In this document: piece by piece, positions 61,533 to 64,000 of the stretch
How positions within the stretch are numbered: the first letter of the stretch is position 1
Layout of the letters: every line of letters begins with the position of its first letter
Source: Heptranchias perlo
Taxonomy: Eukaryota
Direction: 5' to 3'
Assembly: GCF_035084215.1 (NCBI RefSeq)
Contig: NC_090326.1
Span: 92,690,001 to 92,754,000, forward strand
Length of the DNA stretch: 64,000 nucleotides
Notes under the pieces: model-generated
Database searches by the model: none
Told to the model about the DNA's origin: nothing
Seen by the model: the letters and a program-made list of their open reading frames with translations, nothing else
Made by a program: the position numbers and the translations under genes

Positions 61533-64000
61533 GTGGGAAATAAAGTGGTGACAGAAACAAAAGGCAGTGAGGGAGAGTGTACAGAACATGACCGGACAGA
61601 TGGTCTGAGAAAGCAGGGCAAAGACCAAGGGAAGTCTAGATTAAACTGCATTTATTTCAATGCAAGAAGTCTGATGGGCAAGGCAGAGGAACTCAGGGCA
61701 TGGATGGGTACATGGGACTGGGATGTTATAGCTATTACTGAAACATGGCTAAGGGAGGGGCAGGACTGGCAGCTCAATGTTCCAGGGTACAGATGCTATA
61801 GGAAAGATAGAGCAGGAGGTAAGAGAGGAGGGGGAGTTGCGTTCTTGATTAGGGAGAACATCACGGCAGTAGTGAGAGGGGATATATCCGAGGGTTCGCC
61901 CACTGAGTCTATGTGGGTAGAACTGAAAAATAAGAAGGGAGAGATCACTTTGATAGGATTGTACTACAGACCCCCAAATAGTCAACGGGAAATTGAGGAG
62001 CAAATATGTAAGGAGATTACAGACAGCTGCAAGAAAAATAGGGTGGTAATAGTAGGGGACTTTAACTTTCCCAACATTGACTGGGACAGCCATAGCATTA
62101 GGGGCTTGGATGGGGAGAAATTTGTTGAGTGTATTCAGGAGGAATTTCTCATTCAGTATGTGGATGGCCCGACTGGAGAGGGGGCAAAACTTGACCTCCT
62201 CTTGGGAAATAAGGAAGGGCAGGTGACAGAAGTGTTAGTGAGGGATCACTTTGGGACCAGTGATCATAATTCCATTAGTTTTAAGATAGCTATGGAGAAG
62301 GATAGGTCTGGCCCAAAAGTTAAAATTCTAAATTGGGGAAAGGCCAATTTTGATGGTATTAGACAGGAACTTTCAGAAGTTGATTGGGAGAGTCTGTTGG
62401 CAGGCAAAGGGACGTCTGGTAAGTGGGAGTCCTTCAAAAATGTGTTAACCAGGGTTCAGGGTAAGCACATTCCTTATAAAGTGAAGGGCAAGGCTGGTAG
62501 AAGTAGGGAACCTTGGATGACTCGAGAGATTGAGGCCCAAGTCAGAAAGAAGAAGGAGGCATATGACATGCATAGGCAGCTGGGATCAAGTGGATCCCTT
62601 GAAGAGTACAGAGATTGCCGGAGTAGAGTTAAGAGAGAAATCAGGAGGGCAAAAAGGGGACATGAGATTGCTTTGGCAGATAAGGCAAAGGAGAATCCAA
62701 AGAGCTTCTACAAATACATAAAGGGCAAAAGAGTAACTAGGGAGAAAGTAGGGCCTCTGAAGGATCAACAAGGTCATCTATGTGCGGAACCACAAGAGAT
62801 GGGTGAGATCCTAAATGAATATTTCGCATCGGTATTTACGGTTGAGAAAGGCATGGATGTTAGGGAACTTGGGGAAATAAATAATGATGTCTTGAGGAGT
62901 GTACATATTACAGAGAGGGAGGTGCTGGAAGTCTTAACGTGCATCAAGGTGGATAAATCTCCGGGACCTGATGAAATGTATCCCAGGACGTTATGGGAGG
63001 TTAGGGAGGAAATTGCAGGTCCCCTAGCAGAGATATTTGAATCATCGACAGCTACAGGTGAGGTGCCTGAAGATTGGAGGGTAGCAAATGTTGTGCCTTT
63101 GTTTAAGAAGGGCGGCAGGGAAAAGCCTGGGAACTACAGACCAGTGAGCCTGACATCTGTAGTGGGTAAGTTGTTAGAGGGTATTCTGAGGGACAGGATC
63201 TACAGGCATTTGGAGAGGCAGGGACCAATTAGGAACAGTCAGCATGGTTTTGAGAGAGGAAAATCATGTCTCACGAATTTGATTGAGTTTTTTGAAGGGG
63301 TAACCAAGAAGATAGATGAGGGCTGTGCAGTAGACGTGGTCTACATGGACTTTAGCAAAGCCTTTGACAAGGTACCGCATGGTAGGTTGTTACATAAGGT
63401 TAAATCTCATGGGATCCGAGGTGAGGTAGCCAATTGGATACAAAATTGGCTTGACGACAGAAGACAGAGGGTGGTTGTAGAGGGTTGTTTTTCAAACTAG
63501 ATGTCTGTGTCCAGCGGTGTGCCTCAGGGATCGGTGCTGGGTCCGCTGTTATTTGTTATTTATATTAATGATTTGGATGAGAATTTAGGAGGCATGGTTA
63601 GTAAGTTTGCAGATGACACCAAGATTGGTGGCATTGTGGACAGTGAAGAAGGTTATCTAGGATTGCAACAGGATCTTGATAAATTGGGCCAGTGGGCCGA
63701 TGAATGGCAGATGGAGTTTAATTTAGATAAATGTGAGGTGATGCATTTTGGTAGATCGAATCAGGCCAAGACCTACTCCGTTAATGGTAGGGCGTTGGGG
63801 AGTGTTATAGAACAAAGAGATCTAGGAGTACAGGTTCATAGCTCCTTGAAAGTGGAGTCACAGGTGGATAGGGTGGTGAAGAAGGCATTCAGCATGCTTG
63901 GTTTCATTGGTCAGAACATTGAATACAGGAGTTGGGATGTTTTGTTGAAGTTGTACAAGACATTAGTAAGGCCACACTTGGAATACTGTGTACAGTTCTG
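61533..64000 (+). pseudogene. CR1 ORF2 (APE endonuclease plus RT) with a nonsense codon at 63498-63500
   Basis: YFNARSL, IAITETWL, YRPPNS, GDFNFP, SDHN, PGNYRPVSLTS, QHGF, YMDFSKAFDKV; after TAG (Trp position) the same frame continues [22 protein letters not shown]...SKFADDTKIG. Confidence 0.93.

Larger units (their letters stand above)
60323..64000 (+). mobile_element. Young, nearly full-length CR1 LINE running off the window end
   Basis: AT-rich 5' UTR, intact ORF1, and ORF2 with one visible in-frame stop. Confidence 0.96.

Noticed and set aside
52037-64000. Host exon 1 and promoter
   Set aside because: No MAAxK-like mini-exon with a donor site and no CpG-island promoter was found; it probably lies beyond the window.

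Overview
Vertebrate genomic DNA, very probably from a cartilaginous fish (inferred from the repeat content: CR1 LINEs with an esterase ORF1, DeuSINE-type SINEs, Penelope-type fragments and Harbinger elements). The window lies inside a minus-strand mitochondrial aspartate/glutamate carrier gene, most likely SLC25A13 (citrin), although SLC25A12 is not excluded. Three coding exons are recognisable: 54 bp (51983-52036), 143 bp (27358-27500) and 116 bp (1080-1195), matching human exons 2-4 in size and phase. The rest is intron packed with nested transposable elements, and almost all ORF-track entries are TE fragments or antisense noise. Highlights: (1) a single-ORF non-LTR retrotransposon family with a tRNA-derived Pol III head (A/B boxes) and no internal TTTT on its sense strand in any copy read, plus a short head-body/tail derivative, i.e. 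a candidate Pol III-transcribed protein-coding LINE; (2) the Ca2+-binding EF-hand-2 loop of the carrier reads NQSKTG instead of DQTKDG; (3) a Penelope-type minimal hammerhead ribozyme; (4) a near-perfect 72-bp-arm hairpin built from an L2 tail; (5) a two-gene Harbinger transposon with related MITEs; (6) a nearly intact CR1 with a single visible nonsense codon. TE boundaries are read by eye and are approximate unless stated otherwise.
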